From Lingula anatina (Eukaryota > Animalia > Brachiopoda), in assembly GCA_051362555.1 (NCBI GenBank), contig CM120644.1, positions 6,828,954 through 6,892,953 of the forward strand: a stretch of 64,000 nucleotides of DNA, read 5' to 3'. The position numbers and the translations under genes are program-made. The notes beneath the pieces were generated by a model. The model saw only the letters and a program-made list of their open reading frames with translations. It ran no database searches and was not told where the DNA came from. This document shows positions 19,329 to 31,618 of the stretch, piece by piece; positions within the stretch are counted from its first letter, which is position 1; each line of letters begins with the position of its first letter.

Positions 19329-22300
19329 CCTGGGAATACAAGAGTGCGAAATGAATAATTACACTGCAAACACCACTACAAAATAAATACAAAAGAAAAG
19401 AAATTCAACTACATGTTGTAGGGCTGTTTACAAAATTAAAGTTCAACAGTACAGCGTAACAATACTCCTTAAATATGATTAATAAGATTCTTTGATTAAA
19501 TGGCTCTTCGATCACTAATGTCCGCATGATAGATACATTGTTCTATTCTGACAATGTGATATTAAATACAATCAGGACATTATCTTGTTTGTAGCCGTTG
19601 TGCTGTTTTTCGATAAAAATAACGTCGCTCACTCGAGCGTTGCACCACATAGACCCATGAAATATTAACTCAACAACAAATTAAGCACGTTTCAGCGGGG
19701 GTTTCATGTGTTTTCATCGATTAGGAGCCTAATCGTTTTATCAGCAACAAGGCATTTCTATCAATAGCAGGGACCAATCAAGGCTTCATCAAGCCGGAAC
19801 CAATCACGACTGCGGCCCGGCAAATGCGTGTTGCCTGTCTGCAAAAATGAATAAAACGACTTCTCAGAGCTCATATTAGGCTCGGTCAGAATTCATGCTA
19901 TTTCCTTGTTCAGTCGATAGCAATGTATGGCCGTATTTAGTGCAACCGCAAAACTACTGGGAATATGTATATAGGAGTAAAAGTGCATGCGTAACTTCAT
20001 GTTTACGAGTTCGAGGATTGTACATATAGGTACAGTGGCATGGGGTGAGTTTCCAAAATATGTGATCATGAACTGATTGACATGTATATTTTTAATTTAT
20101 ATTTTTAAAATATGGAAAGACCGTTGTGTTGTTTATTTATCGTATTTTTTAACAGTTGGATGTAAAACAGGAATGTGTCTCACACATTACGTGAACGGTG
20201 TTACTGACTGATATTTCTGCAAATCTCTGATATTCTTTTCAAAATAAATAGATAATCATCATATCATCATCATCATCATTCTTCGCCTTAGGGGGAAAGA
20301 CGGCAGCAGCAACAAAAACATGTTAAACAAAATAGACAAAGACAGAAAGAAATATGCAAGACACATGTGAAAGCTAGTGGTAAATAGACATGATGTTACA
20401 GGACGTTCACCCACACTATGGTGTTATGTTCAGCTCGCTAATTTGACACGGTTAGAATGAAACAGTTGGCAGCGTGCCAGACAGACCAGGGAATCAGGAA
20501 CGCAATGTGTTGTGGCGGCACAGCACGGAGCTCAGATACGGGATCAATACCACTAGAAGCCGTGAACAGACGCGGAGGGGCGATCAGGTTCAGGATCGAT
20601 GACTCGGACAGAGGGCAGTTGTGTAATAATACTGTTACGCACTGGTGGTTTCGTTGGGGTAAATATCCCTTGACTGGTAGCGAAGATCATTTTTTTTTTC
20701 ATTTCAAATATTTATTACTATTTCCACACATTTTGCGTTGCGTTTCCTTCATGTTAAGTAATTGGTAGATCTATAATATTGCAATTTAATCGCCGGCATA
20801 TTTATGGATGTCTTTACATCATGCAGAAATTGCCATTTACAAAACAAAGTATCAGAGACTTGCTTGGATTGCCTTTCGGAATAGAAGTAAAAAAATGCAG
20901 CAGGTACAACAATGCCGCGAAATATTACGACACTGAGCCAACGGGAAAAAAATGGATTTAGCACGCGCATAAATATGCAGTAACATGAGACCAAAAACAA
21001 GCCTCACAAGACAATTGTTCTCCATTGACCTTCGGGGTCGGGAGGATGTTTGCACGTGGCTAACCTCCCTTTGACGCCTACATCCGGCAATGTTGTTGAA
21101 ATTTAACACAAATTGAAAAACTCACAGAACCATGAAGACAACAACCACTGCCATAGAATGAAAACACACTGTACACAGGTCAGATGATGATCTTGTTTCT
21201 AAATTATTTTTCTTGAATTTCAGTTTTGTTTTTTCACCATATGGAAAAAGCCCCTTAGGCAAACTGGATTTTACTGTCAAATATATAACAAAACACTGTC
21301 ATATTTGCAAGCAAAACATTTTTGGCTTTCTCTACAGAAATATGATTTTTAAATAAAATGCAGAGGAAATAAACAAAAAAATTAATTAAAATATTTTTCA
21401 ATTTCAAAACAACTAACATACACTATGAAATATTGTAGACATTTTTTCCTAAATGAAGCATCCACTGTTCAATAATTCAAATTCGAGCATAGCCACACCG
21501 TTTTTAAGCTTTACACAAACAGAAAATAAATCACTTTTGAGACGACCCCTTCACTCAGAACAATCAAGTTACCCATTGACCCCATTCAAGGCGAGCAGAC
21601 GACATAGCCGCGTTCGCATTTATCTGTAATAAAGTTTGTCGAACGTGTCCCACCTTCAAAGGGCCGAGATTAATCTACGATGTTTGCGAGTCACCGATAA
21701 AACAAATTTTCTAAATCCCCTGATAGATTACTTCATTTACATCGCCAAGTATCAATTGGTCGCTAGATCGTCTGCTCATATCGTCTGCTATCCAGCGTGG
21801 TAGTTTTGGATTGTGAAATTATTTAAGGGGAATTAATTTAGATAAACGACAAAGTAAGCATCGTGCATTATTTAGAATACTATTTTTGTTTATAAAAATG
21901 TAATAATTTAAATGTGAAACTGACGTCCATAGAAAGCTTTTCAAGGTTGAATTTTATTTAATTTAAAAAGACAAATTATTCATATCATGTCTCTGGTTCG
22001 TTTGTTTCGTTTTATCTTCGTTTTAAATTTTGGGAAGCCTTAAAGTAGACCAGAACAAGTGATGGATTTAAGGATAAAAAAATGCCACAGTGCTGCGCAC
22101 AGAGTTCGTTTCCTATGCATGAGAACGCAGATCTTAATTTGAAAATAAATGAACCCGGGGACCCTGCGCTCTCTTGTACTCATGTCAATGCGGCTATTAA
22201 ACCGTGTACATTTCGCATACATTTGCCATGCACCGTACGCCAGAGATGTATGTATTTGCTCACGGTCGGTGCTGAGGCGGGCCATTAAACTGACAGCCGT

Positions 22301-22340
22301 ATCGATCATGGTGAGCATTTACTAGAATTCCTGAGGCTTA

Positions 22341-22886
22341 GAGCGCATTCTCAATGAATTAAGCCAGGCTTTACAAAGCCAGTGACCTAAAAATGGCGGA
22401 CGTACATGAAAGAAAAACCGCCTAATCTTTTAATAGTCTCTCCGCCTCTCACACGCCTCCCCACACGTCGTCCCTGCGGGGTACAGTAATTAAATCTCGG
22501 CTCCGAACATTAATATTTCCGTGAATATCTCTGGTGATATTATCTCCGTAGATAGTCGATTCATTGCTGCTCTACGGGCCAAATTATTCCTTTTTCGTCT
22601 CTGTTTTCAAAGATAATAGAACAGAAGAGCTTTTTTCCTTCGATCGCCTTCAGCCGCCATGCTTTCTTCACCACGAGTTTAACTGATGAGCATGCGCACT
22701 TAATATTTCTCAGGTAGCTTCCGCATGGCGAACGGAGCCGAGATTTAATTACTGTACCCCGCAGGGACGACGTGTGGGGAGGCGGAGAGACTATTAAAAG
22801 ATTAGGCGGTTTTTCTTTCATGTACGTCCGCCATTTTTAGGTCACCGGCTTTGTAAAGCCTGGCTTAATTCGTTGAGAATGCGCTC
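22341..22886. mobile_element. Non-autonomous PIF/Harbinger-type (Tourist-like) MITE, 546 bp
   Basis: TIRs 22341-22505 and 22733-22886 (152/154 identical plus an 11-bp insertion in the left arm), termini GAGCGC...GCGCTC, TTA duplicated on both sides (22338-22340, 22887-22889). Confidence 0.9.
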
Positions 22887-23106
22887 TTAGTATTTAAGAA
22901 GTCGACATTGATGTACATGGATGGATATGTAGATAGAGTGTACAGGAATCTTATAATTTTTCTTCGTTGTTGTCATTATTTGGCATTCGGTGACTACAGG
23001 CGATCTTGAAAATCCCCCCCTCCAACCCTTGCGGCAAAGTTATTTGTTTGGACCTCAGCGTGAACTGATGGACATCTCTCTCTCTCTCTCTCTCTTTCTC
23101 TCTTAC

Positions 23107-23469
23107 CGTTTGTAGAATCGTCACCCTCAGTATACATTTATAACGACATCCCTTTCGCAGAGCGGCACTTGTACAGACCACGCTACCTCTAAAATTTACC
23201 CACCCATATTCTTTGTTGCTCTGATGTTTTTGATATTTTGATACTCCCCGAGCGTACACACAAACCAATAAATCATCTACAGTCCCCCTGTCGACCTACT
23301 CTTTTTACTCGCCAAACGAACAAAAGCACACACATACAAACCCGATCAAACTTACGGAAACATTCAACCCGAATTCCTCGGTCGTCGGCAACATATCAAC
23401 GTGAACTAGAAACAATTTCCTAGCTCCTAAATTCACCCGCGAGCGAAGCAGGCTCCTGTGTCAGAATGA
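23107..23469 (-). promoter_or_regulatory. Candidate proximal non-coding first exon of the BMI1-like gene
   Basis: Inr TCATTC (A at 23467) in CpG-rich sequence; donors CC|GTAAGT (23356/23355) and ACG|GTAAGA (23107/23106). The ATG exon starts with an acceptor, so an upstream exon is expected. Confidence 0.4.
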
Positions 23470-26400
23470 GATCGTGTGAACGAGGAACCGCCGAGACGAT
23501 CGACAGAACTCGGGTCAGGTCGGGTCTCCTCGGGTTTCAATCACGCTGATCGAGCATGTTTACGGACGAAGGTGCGTGTTGACAATGCTCGACCTTAACA
23601 CGTTCGATCAAATTGTCTTGCTGATTTGTAGCCCAAATTTTCACATATGTTCGCTAAAAACCGAAAACTGGCTGTGTAAAATAAAATGAAGTCAGTGGGT
23701 AGCAAGATTAATGTGCACGCAATTTCAGAGAAAAGGAAATAGGGATTCCGCCGCTCAAATGACGTAAATCATCAATACATTTACATGTACGGCTACGAGG
23801 GTGTTTTTCTAATGGCGTTTCGATTTTCAAAATATTTTCTTCTGAGGCAATCACATCGAAACCAAAATACGTATGGGTGATAGTAACAAAGGGCTCCAAC
23901 AAGGTCCATACCAAGGTGTGTAAAATACATCTCATATCAAATGTAAATCAGTCTCGATCTTTACAGCACACGGCGCTGGCCCGGGACATGCTTTGAATTA
24001 AATATATTTTATCAATTACGAACTGCCAAGGGGTCTTACCAGCGTTTAATAAAATTCCTGTGTAGAGTCGAAGAGGTCGATCGCGATGTATAAACACGTG
24101 CTTGAGGAGTGTGATGTCTGAAGTGCCTTAGCACTCAAAAACATAACACATCAAAAACGTCCATAAATCAACCGATGTGTTTCTGATCTTTTGCATGTAA
24201 CGACGGTCGTGATCTTGTCTTGTTTCAGCTGTCTTCAGAGAGTTAGTGCTCTGTTTTCTATGATGCCGACCCAGGGTTCCACACATAGGGGTTCGTCAAA
24301 AACATGGAACAGACAGCTCTTAAATTCACTGGAAAACGGGGATGCTAAAACGGGAGAAAATTCCCCAGAGTAAATATAATGTGAATTTAAACATCTCCAT
24401 CTCTCTCCATATGTGCGATATTCGGCGTAAAGTGCAGCGGTTTTTTACTCTTGAGTTTAAATGCATTACCCCCATCTTCTCTGTGTATTTTGTAAATAAT
24501 GAAGCAATGGTGGCCGCGACAACAGTTCAAATGTTATTTCTTATGCCCGTTACACTATTAACATCTCTCTCTCTCTCTCTCTTCACAGTATCTGCAGTCT
24601 ATTAAGTTCAACGCCCCCTACATAACTAAGCGTTGTTTAGGTTAAGATATCCCAGTTACTGCGATCTGAACAACAGCTCCGTGTTGTCTTAACCTGCCTC
24701 ATACCACACCAGCTATTGCGTTTATCCGGAGGCAGTTACGTTTAAAAAACGAAATAAGCTGCGATCACTCACGCGGGCCACCTCAGTTGCTACAAATGGC
24801 GAGCGACAACACTAAATAAGCTTTGTCAAATATTTCATTCATTGAAAGAAAACAACGATGCGCGGGACATTTGTGTGCATGTCGGTATCAGCTGCGTTTG
24901 CGTTTCAATTGAATTCTTCGTCGTGTAAATCTCCCGGTCTTAAATTAATATCGTAAATATTAATGAAAGTACAGAACTTTTGTAGTCATATATACGCTAA
25001 AATAGAAATGTTAGGCGAGCATTCTTTTTCGCTTTTCGCCTACCCTCGGAGCATATGTAAAAGAAAATGAAATAATTCATAACTGTGTTCTTTATTTTAA
25101 AATTTTCGACTTCAATCTTTATTTTCCTTTTGAATTCCTAGCACCATAGTAAACAGGACGCAAACAATTTTTTTAACGAGAAAGGTTTTTACACAGCGAA
25201 AAAAATCTCCGCAGATGAAAGTCTGCGCCAAACCAAACTCTCCGATAATCAATAAAACAATCAAACAGCCGCTCAATAAATTGATGACTGAATAAACAAT
25301 TGATCGGTGAGGCAAAAATAAGACGGTTAAATCAAATCTAACGATCTCACAGCACTGCTAGTTATGGCCCATGTTGTATGAGCATTACGCGGCAGGCGAT
25401 CGATAATCATTGTCGTCTGCTCGAATTGAAGCTGCGGTATCGTCTGCTGGAACAGAGAGCGAGTTATGAACATTGGAGCGTTTCAAACCATTTGGTCACA
25501 TGTTAAAATGTCAATATACCATGTGCGTTTATTATTATTGTTTAATTAAAACCAGAAAGCATTTTGTGCTATTTTTTATGCATAATCATGCCAATGACGT
25601 TTTCATTTTATTATTTTTTAATTTCTCTCACAATAATAGAAATTTAAATATTGGCAGATTTCTCACAGTTCTCCTTATTACACAGTATCGTTTAGAAAGA
25701 CAAACTAAAATTATAATTATTGTCATGATTATAACAATAAATAGATTAATAAATAAATTAATTAATAAATAAACGATTTACAAATTTAAACGCACTGTAG
25801 GCAATATAAGGAAATATGGAGTATTATTTATTTAAAAATTGAAAAATAATCAATCCGAAACTTTTATCAAATTTTGTTCTTTTTTTCTGTAATGAGTGTT
25901 CCTCTTCATTGCTTACTTTTCCCTTACGGAGCCCTACTATCTTTTTTAACCGATGACCGAATTTCATCTCAGAAATAACATACGGAACTTCCACCTGTAC
26001 TACATGTGAGTGCTGGAAATATCACATGGAAATAAAATGCACAAGACGAAGAGGACACATTGCACGAAAAAGTATTAGCTGACAGTCATTTGACTCAATG
26101 AAAGTGATTTAATAAAATGCTAAGGTATATAGGAAAGTACAATCTCGAATCATCTCAGTCCCTTAGAGAAGACACAGCCAAGACGTGAAACAAAAACGAT
26201 GAAATGTGATTTTCATCACGCGATGGGCATCAGATTGGGTGCAAATTACGCTGGATTTGGGTTATGAAATTGGATTACGGCCTTTCTTATCTTTTCACAA
26301 AAAATCCTGTCCTTTGTTGAGAAATGTGCGTGGGTAACGGCGGGGGTTTGCGATTGAAAGAGGCGCCACGCACTTTCGTGCTCGCGAATTGTCGTCGGTG

Positions 26401-28466
26401 TCGGAAGTCCGCGTGTCCGACTTCATGCATTTCTCTAATCAATTGTCTTCCTCGGGGGAATTAGAAACGCACCTGTCACTAGTTACATGATTTTTTTTCT
26501 GGACGACTTTTTTTTTTGCTTTGGGTTCCTACTTCAAAAATCACAGAAGGGATTTGCAGATAAACCTGAAATGACAGTTCGGAAAATTCTGATTCGCAGG
26601 AAACACCAACCCTTCTGTGTAGTTAACTTAGTTTAAAAAGTTTCCCAATTTAAAAAAAATATATATGGCACTTTTACGTTTTCTTTTATACTTTTAAGTG
26701 CTTAAAAGCATGCGTTTGTAAATGTATAACAGCCTTTGAAGGAAAGTACTGTCACGAATATTTGGCATTTATTTTCAAAAGTATAATCAGTTTAAAATAA
26801 AATCCAAAATAAGTAAACGAAATTTTAATTTTTCCTTTAAAATGCGCAACCTCGTAACAATTCTACTTATGTCAATAGCATAAATTAAAAAAAAAAAATA
26901 CAAAAATATTTCAGAAAAAAGGCTCTGAATTTTGTAATAATCCTGTGTATTATTAGACCTATGCAACCAAAACATGATAAATCTAAAGGCATCAAAACCT
27001 TAATACACGCCATTTCAACTTTCATTCACAGAAATTGGTTTCTTGTGATAAAATATCATTAACTGATTTCAATGTTTTTTACTTCGGCTATCGTGTTACA
27101 ACTTCATTTTATTGTTTTTACAAAAATCAGAATGCTAGAAAGCATTGCTTCCCATCAGAGACGCCAACAAAGAGTTCATCAGTATGGAAGTTTTGACAAA
27201 ACCGTATTGTCTTAAAGCAAGTACGTGAAATACTCGTAAGGATCTCTTTGTAAAGTAGCATAATTCATTAAAATTGCACACTGAAAGGTAATGTCTTTTA
27301 CTTTAGCTGGTAAACATACCGGTAATATGTTATGCTATTAAATATCTCTTCGTAGCTATATCTTTATCTGAGCATATTTCAATTGTGTTATCGAAACTTC
27401 ATCTGCCTAAATTGAGATATGCTTCCACATTCTCCTTCCGACGATTTTTTTTATTAACGAGAAATCAAATGTTGATAAAATATTCTTCACTTTTTTACAT
27501 TAAATTGCTCTCTTCTAACCCAATAAAAGCTTTTGTCAACACGTGAAAATGTATATTTGTTTTCTTTGAAATTTCATACCAGTGTACCTTGCAGGCATTT
27601 GGAATTAGTTCCCATTACCGCTAAAAAGCGCAATCTTTCCTTTCGCAAAAATAAAATTCAATACTACAGGGAAGAAAATGTAAACCTACATTAGAAGGAT
27701 TAAATTTCGTTAACGAAAATATTTACCTGAAATTATTCACAATTAGACATTATAATTACGCAATATACAAGATGAACAGGTATTTCGTTTTCGATACTAA
27801 TAGTTAAAATAATTACATTTAAGAGCATAATGCTAATGAACATCGACTGATGCCCTAACCCAAGTTAAATTACTGTTCAGTTGATCACATTTATTATTTC
27901 GATGCCAGAGACCATATCGGAAATCAGGCTTTAATTAACTTGTGAAATCCCAATGGCGGCATTTAGAATTCCCAGTTAAAACATCGACTATAGCGACAAC
28001 AGTCGGTCACGGCTAATTCGTTCGTTTCACTATGAAGCAATAACGTGGAAATAATGCTGGATTTACACGGGAATTGAACCCGCTTCGTTGGCAGACACGG
28101 CACTAGTAAAAACAGGCACGGAGCGTTCCCTTTCTTTACTTTCCGAATTTCTTTTCAGCGTGTAAACAAACGGCTCTTTCAGTCTCGAAGCTCGTGGCCT
28201 ACAGAAGAGCGTCGCGTTCCATACTGTGTAAGCTGTGCATACTTCGTTTTAAGATACTTAATGAAAAACCGTGTCTTCTCCTCTTCTCTCCGTATAGTCT
28301 GTTAAGTCTCAACTATTTTTCAGGGGATTTTTATGAGAATAAAGGATAAAGAAAGTGGAAGTAAAAACCGCGCAATCGGTCAACATTTGTTAGTATTGAA
28401 GTTGGGGCATATAAACTTTTGATAAATGCGATAATACCAAAAACGATTACTGAAGAAATGGATGTG

Positions 28467-28527
<61 letters not shown>

Positions 28528-28547
28528 TGGAGTGAGGGGGGGGGGGG
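28467..28547. repeat. (GT)n followed by poly-G
   Basis: Read directly. Confidence 0.95.
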
Positions 28548-29274
28548 TATTCGAGATCGAATTTCTGTCCGTCTTTCCAAACATATTTTTACAACACACA
28601 CCAACGCATAGGACCAACATTAACATGCAGCCTCATCTGCACATACTGCAGCGAGTACGTTGCAATATATTGATGTAATTTTTTCTGACTTAAACGCTGT
28701 AGAACACGCCGCTTTTCCGGAACAACTACGGTACAAGCCAGAACAATTACATAGTCGGGATTTGAACCAACCTCTGACAGCCAGTGTGTCACAGGCACCT
28801 GGTGCACGCGTTCTGTTTGAAAGCTAGTCTTACAGGCACTGAATAATCGCAGTTTGTGTCTCTTGATTATTGAAATATTTCACCCCCACACCCCCAATAT
28901 ATCCTTATTACGAGAAGGACAAATAGATGCCCGTATGACCTTCCGACTAATACAGTGAAACTGAACCTGATGGCAGTTAGAAAATGTTCTAACGGGTTTG
29001 GAGAGTGTTTCATAAGCATTTTTATTTAATTTCCGTTTCAGTTCGAAAATTTATCTTAGTATCAGATTACATGAAATCTGCCTAGTCATTAGGTCGATTA
29101 GTCCCTTGTGATAACTGCAATATAAAGAGCCTAGCATTTAATTCCAATGATGTTTCAATATTACAGCGATTATCAGTAACGCAGGTGATAGTCGATAGTT
29201 CAGAGGTAATATAGGAGGAGTTTGTACCATCTCCTGTATAAAGTGACGATGCAATCTCTTATTTTTTGGAAATG

Positions 29275-29275
29275 A

Positions 29276-29314
<39 letters not shown>

Positions 29315-29387
29315 ATGATATGTAAAAATGGATCTAAATTAGTTAATTTAATGAAAAATAAATAAACAAACTAATCAAAGGCTGATA

Positions 29388-29426
<39 letters not shown>

Positions 29427-29429
29427 ATA
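29275..29429. repeat. Two (AAAT)n tracts
   Basis: 29275-29314 and 29387-29429. Confidence 0.95.
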
Positions 29430-31549
29430 GTATATGCTGATAATGAGGGTTATGGCTCAAACTGCACTGATTCCCAGTAAACCCATTCTGCACATCTCAC
29501 TGCAATCAATTAGTGCCAGCCACGATACCCAGAATTCATCGTCATATTATTATTGTCTTTTTTCCAGAGGTCCCACTCAGATTTCAAGGTCCACAAAAAG
29601 CAGGAAATGAACAAGCTGCTGTGAATCCCCGGGTGCCTTTAGAAATCTGACTGCGAAGATGTCTGTATGACACCGAGATGTCCACGTGTTGTCATATAAG
29701 CAGTAAACACCACGCATCACAATCGATGTGCGCACTTTTGAACTACTAATTATATACGGGCGACCAATTTCAAATTCTACATCTGAGGTAAATTGCATTT
29801 CCTGATTACGCGATGATAAATCAGAGCACATTGTGGCGCTCTTTGAATTTTGACCTGAATATGCAAGGTTTTAAGTCTGATGGAGCAAGGTAGGTTTATC
29901 ATCGCGGTTGCTTCAAAGATAGTGAATAATTTAATGTGCGCGTCGATACCAGCACGCTCAGTACTGTGCCATTCCGAGTCTTCTTAATCACCCTGCGTAT
30001 CATTCTCCTTTAACTTACATATTCACGTTGGATTATCAATATCAGAGAGAATACTCTCTCGTGTGAGAATCAGGGTGCCCGCGGTGGTTTCGGAATCAAA
30101 TCTACGTGTCGATACAAGCGTGCTGAGATCAATTGGGGTGGTCAAATTCCCCGTAAAACGTGGATTCCTCTCCCTTTCAAACCCAACAGGTAATATAATG
30201 GTAATCGAAAGCCCGTTACGCGGCCGTGCGATTCATTTCATCCTGCGTGCACGGTCCCAGTTGAAGCCGCCTTATCAAAACAGCTTGCCTACAATGAACT
30301 AGACGTTTATGCAAACATCGTCTGCGTGACTTTTAGAAAATATCACGATTTGATAGGCGCAGTAAAACATGGTAGCGCGTTAGGTATTTATTGCGTTTTT
30401 ACAAGCTTACGACATTATGGAATTATTTCATTTTACGAAATAAGTGGATTTTGCTTTCTTGAGCAAATAATGAATTAATGACGCAGTGTTGTGTCACAAT
30501 CTGTTGAACTTTGTGTAAATTATGTTGTATTGTGTTTACAAATAACTATGACGAACGGTAGAGCTTGGGAACTTACCGATCATTTTCTATATCTGCCTTT
30601 CGGTGATTTCTGAAGAATAAGTTTCTGAAGTTTTTAAGTATTTACTTGGGTTGATGGATATATAATTGCACGTTACAGCTGCTGTCGTTCAGCACGTGAT
30701 TTTAAAGTACCCTGCTGAATTAATTGTCATGATGGCGCAGCGTTGTCTTTGTTATAATTTTGCAAATCTAGTAAAAGAATATTAGATTTCTCTAAAGTCT
30801 TGACACGAACTGTTATTTTTTACATCATATTGTTATATTTCTAATTCTTTCAAGTTGGGGGGCGCTATAGGTTAGATTGATGAACACTATCTAGTGTTTA
30901 AGAATGTCAAATTAAAAAAAAATTTACAGATATGTTCCTGGTAAAAAGACTGTGGAAGTCAGAATTCTTTCAATGCATCTTTTAAGGCAAAATGATAACC
31001 TCTTTCTATTTTGTTGACTATGACGGATGTTGGTTTGGTACCTGAAAACTCCGGTTTGTGTCTTTACTTTTGATCTGATTAATGAAAAATTTAAATAGAA
31101 CCCTCTGATCGACGAAAAGTACGAGAAACAGTGAATTATGACATATCTGTTTCTCATTTACGTTTTTTCAAACTTGGGTCATTCTATAAAAGTGAATATT
31201 TGAGTCACGTCAGTAACACACCTTAAAATTGGCACCACTTTTTTAAATTTTGACTTGCCCTACTAATGATTAGTTCTATTGCAACCTCCTATTTAAAAAG
31301 AAAGTAAAAAAAATAATGGAAATACTGAAATACTGGAAATATGGAAATACTGCACAATATATGTGCGTCGCTGCCATGGTTTAAATATCCATTTATGTGG
31401 GCGGAAAGGGCCGGCAAACACGAATTTAAATTGAGAACATTGTCAGTTTTTGTATGGTCGTCTTGACTTATTGGCCAATTAACTTTTTTTACTATTTAGG
31501 TATTTCAGGGCCATCCTTACCCCAAATTAACTAACGTTAATAAGTAAGA

Positions 31550-31583
31550 CCCCCCCCCCCACACACACACACAAACACACCAA

Positions 31584-31615
<32 letters not shown>
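31550..31615. repeat. Poly-C followed by (CA)n
   Basis: Read directly. Confidence 0.95.

Positions 31616-31618
<3 letters not shown>

Noticed and set aside
28069-28768. Two reverse B-box-like motifs (GGGAATTGAACC, GGGATTTGAACC)
   Set aside because: No A-box at proper spacing and no cloverleaf; at most very decayed SINE heads.
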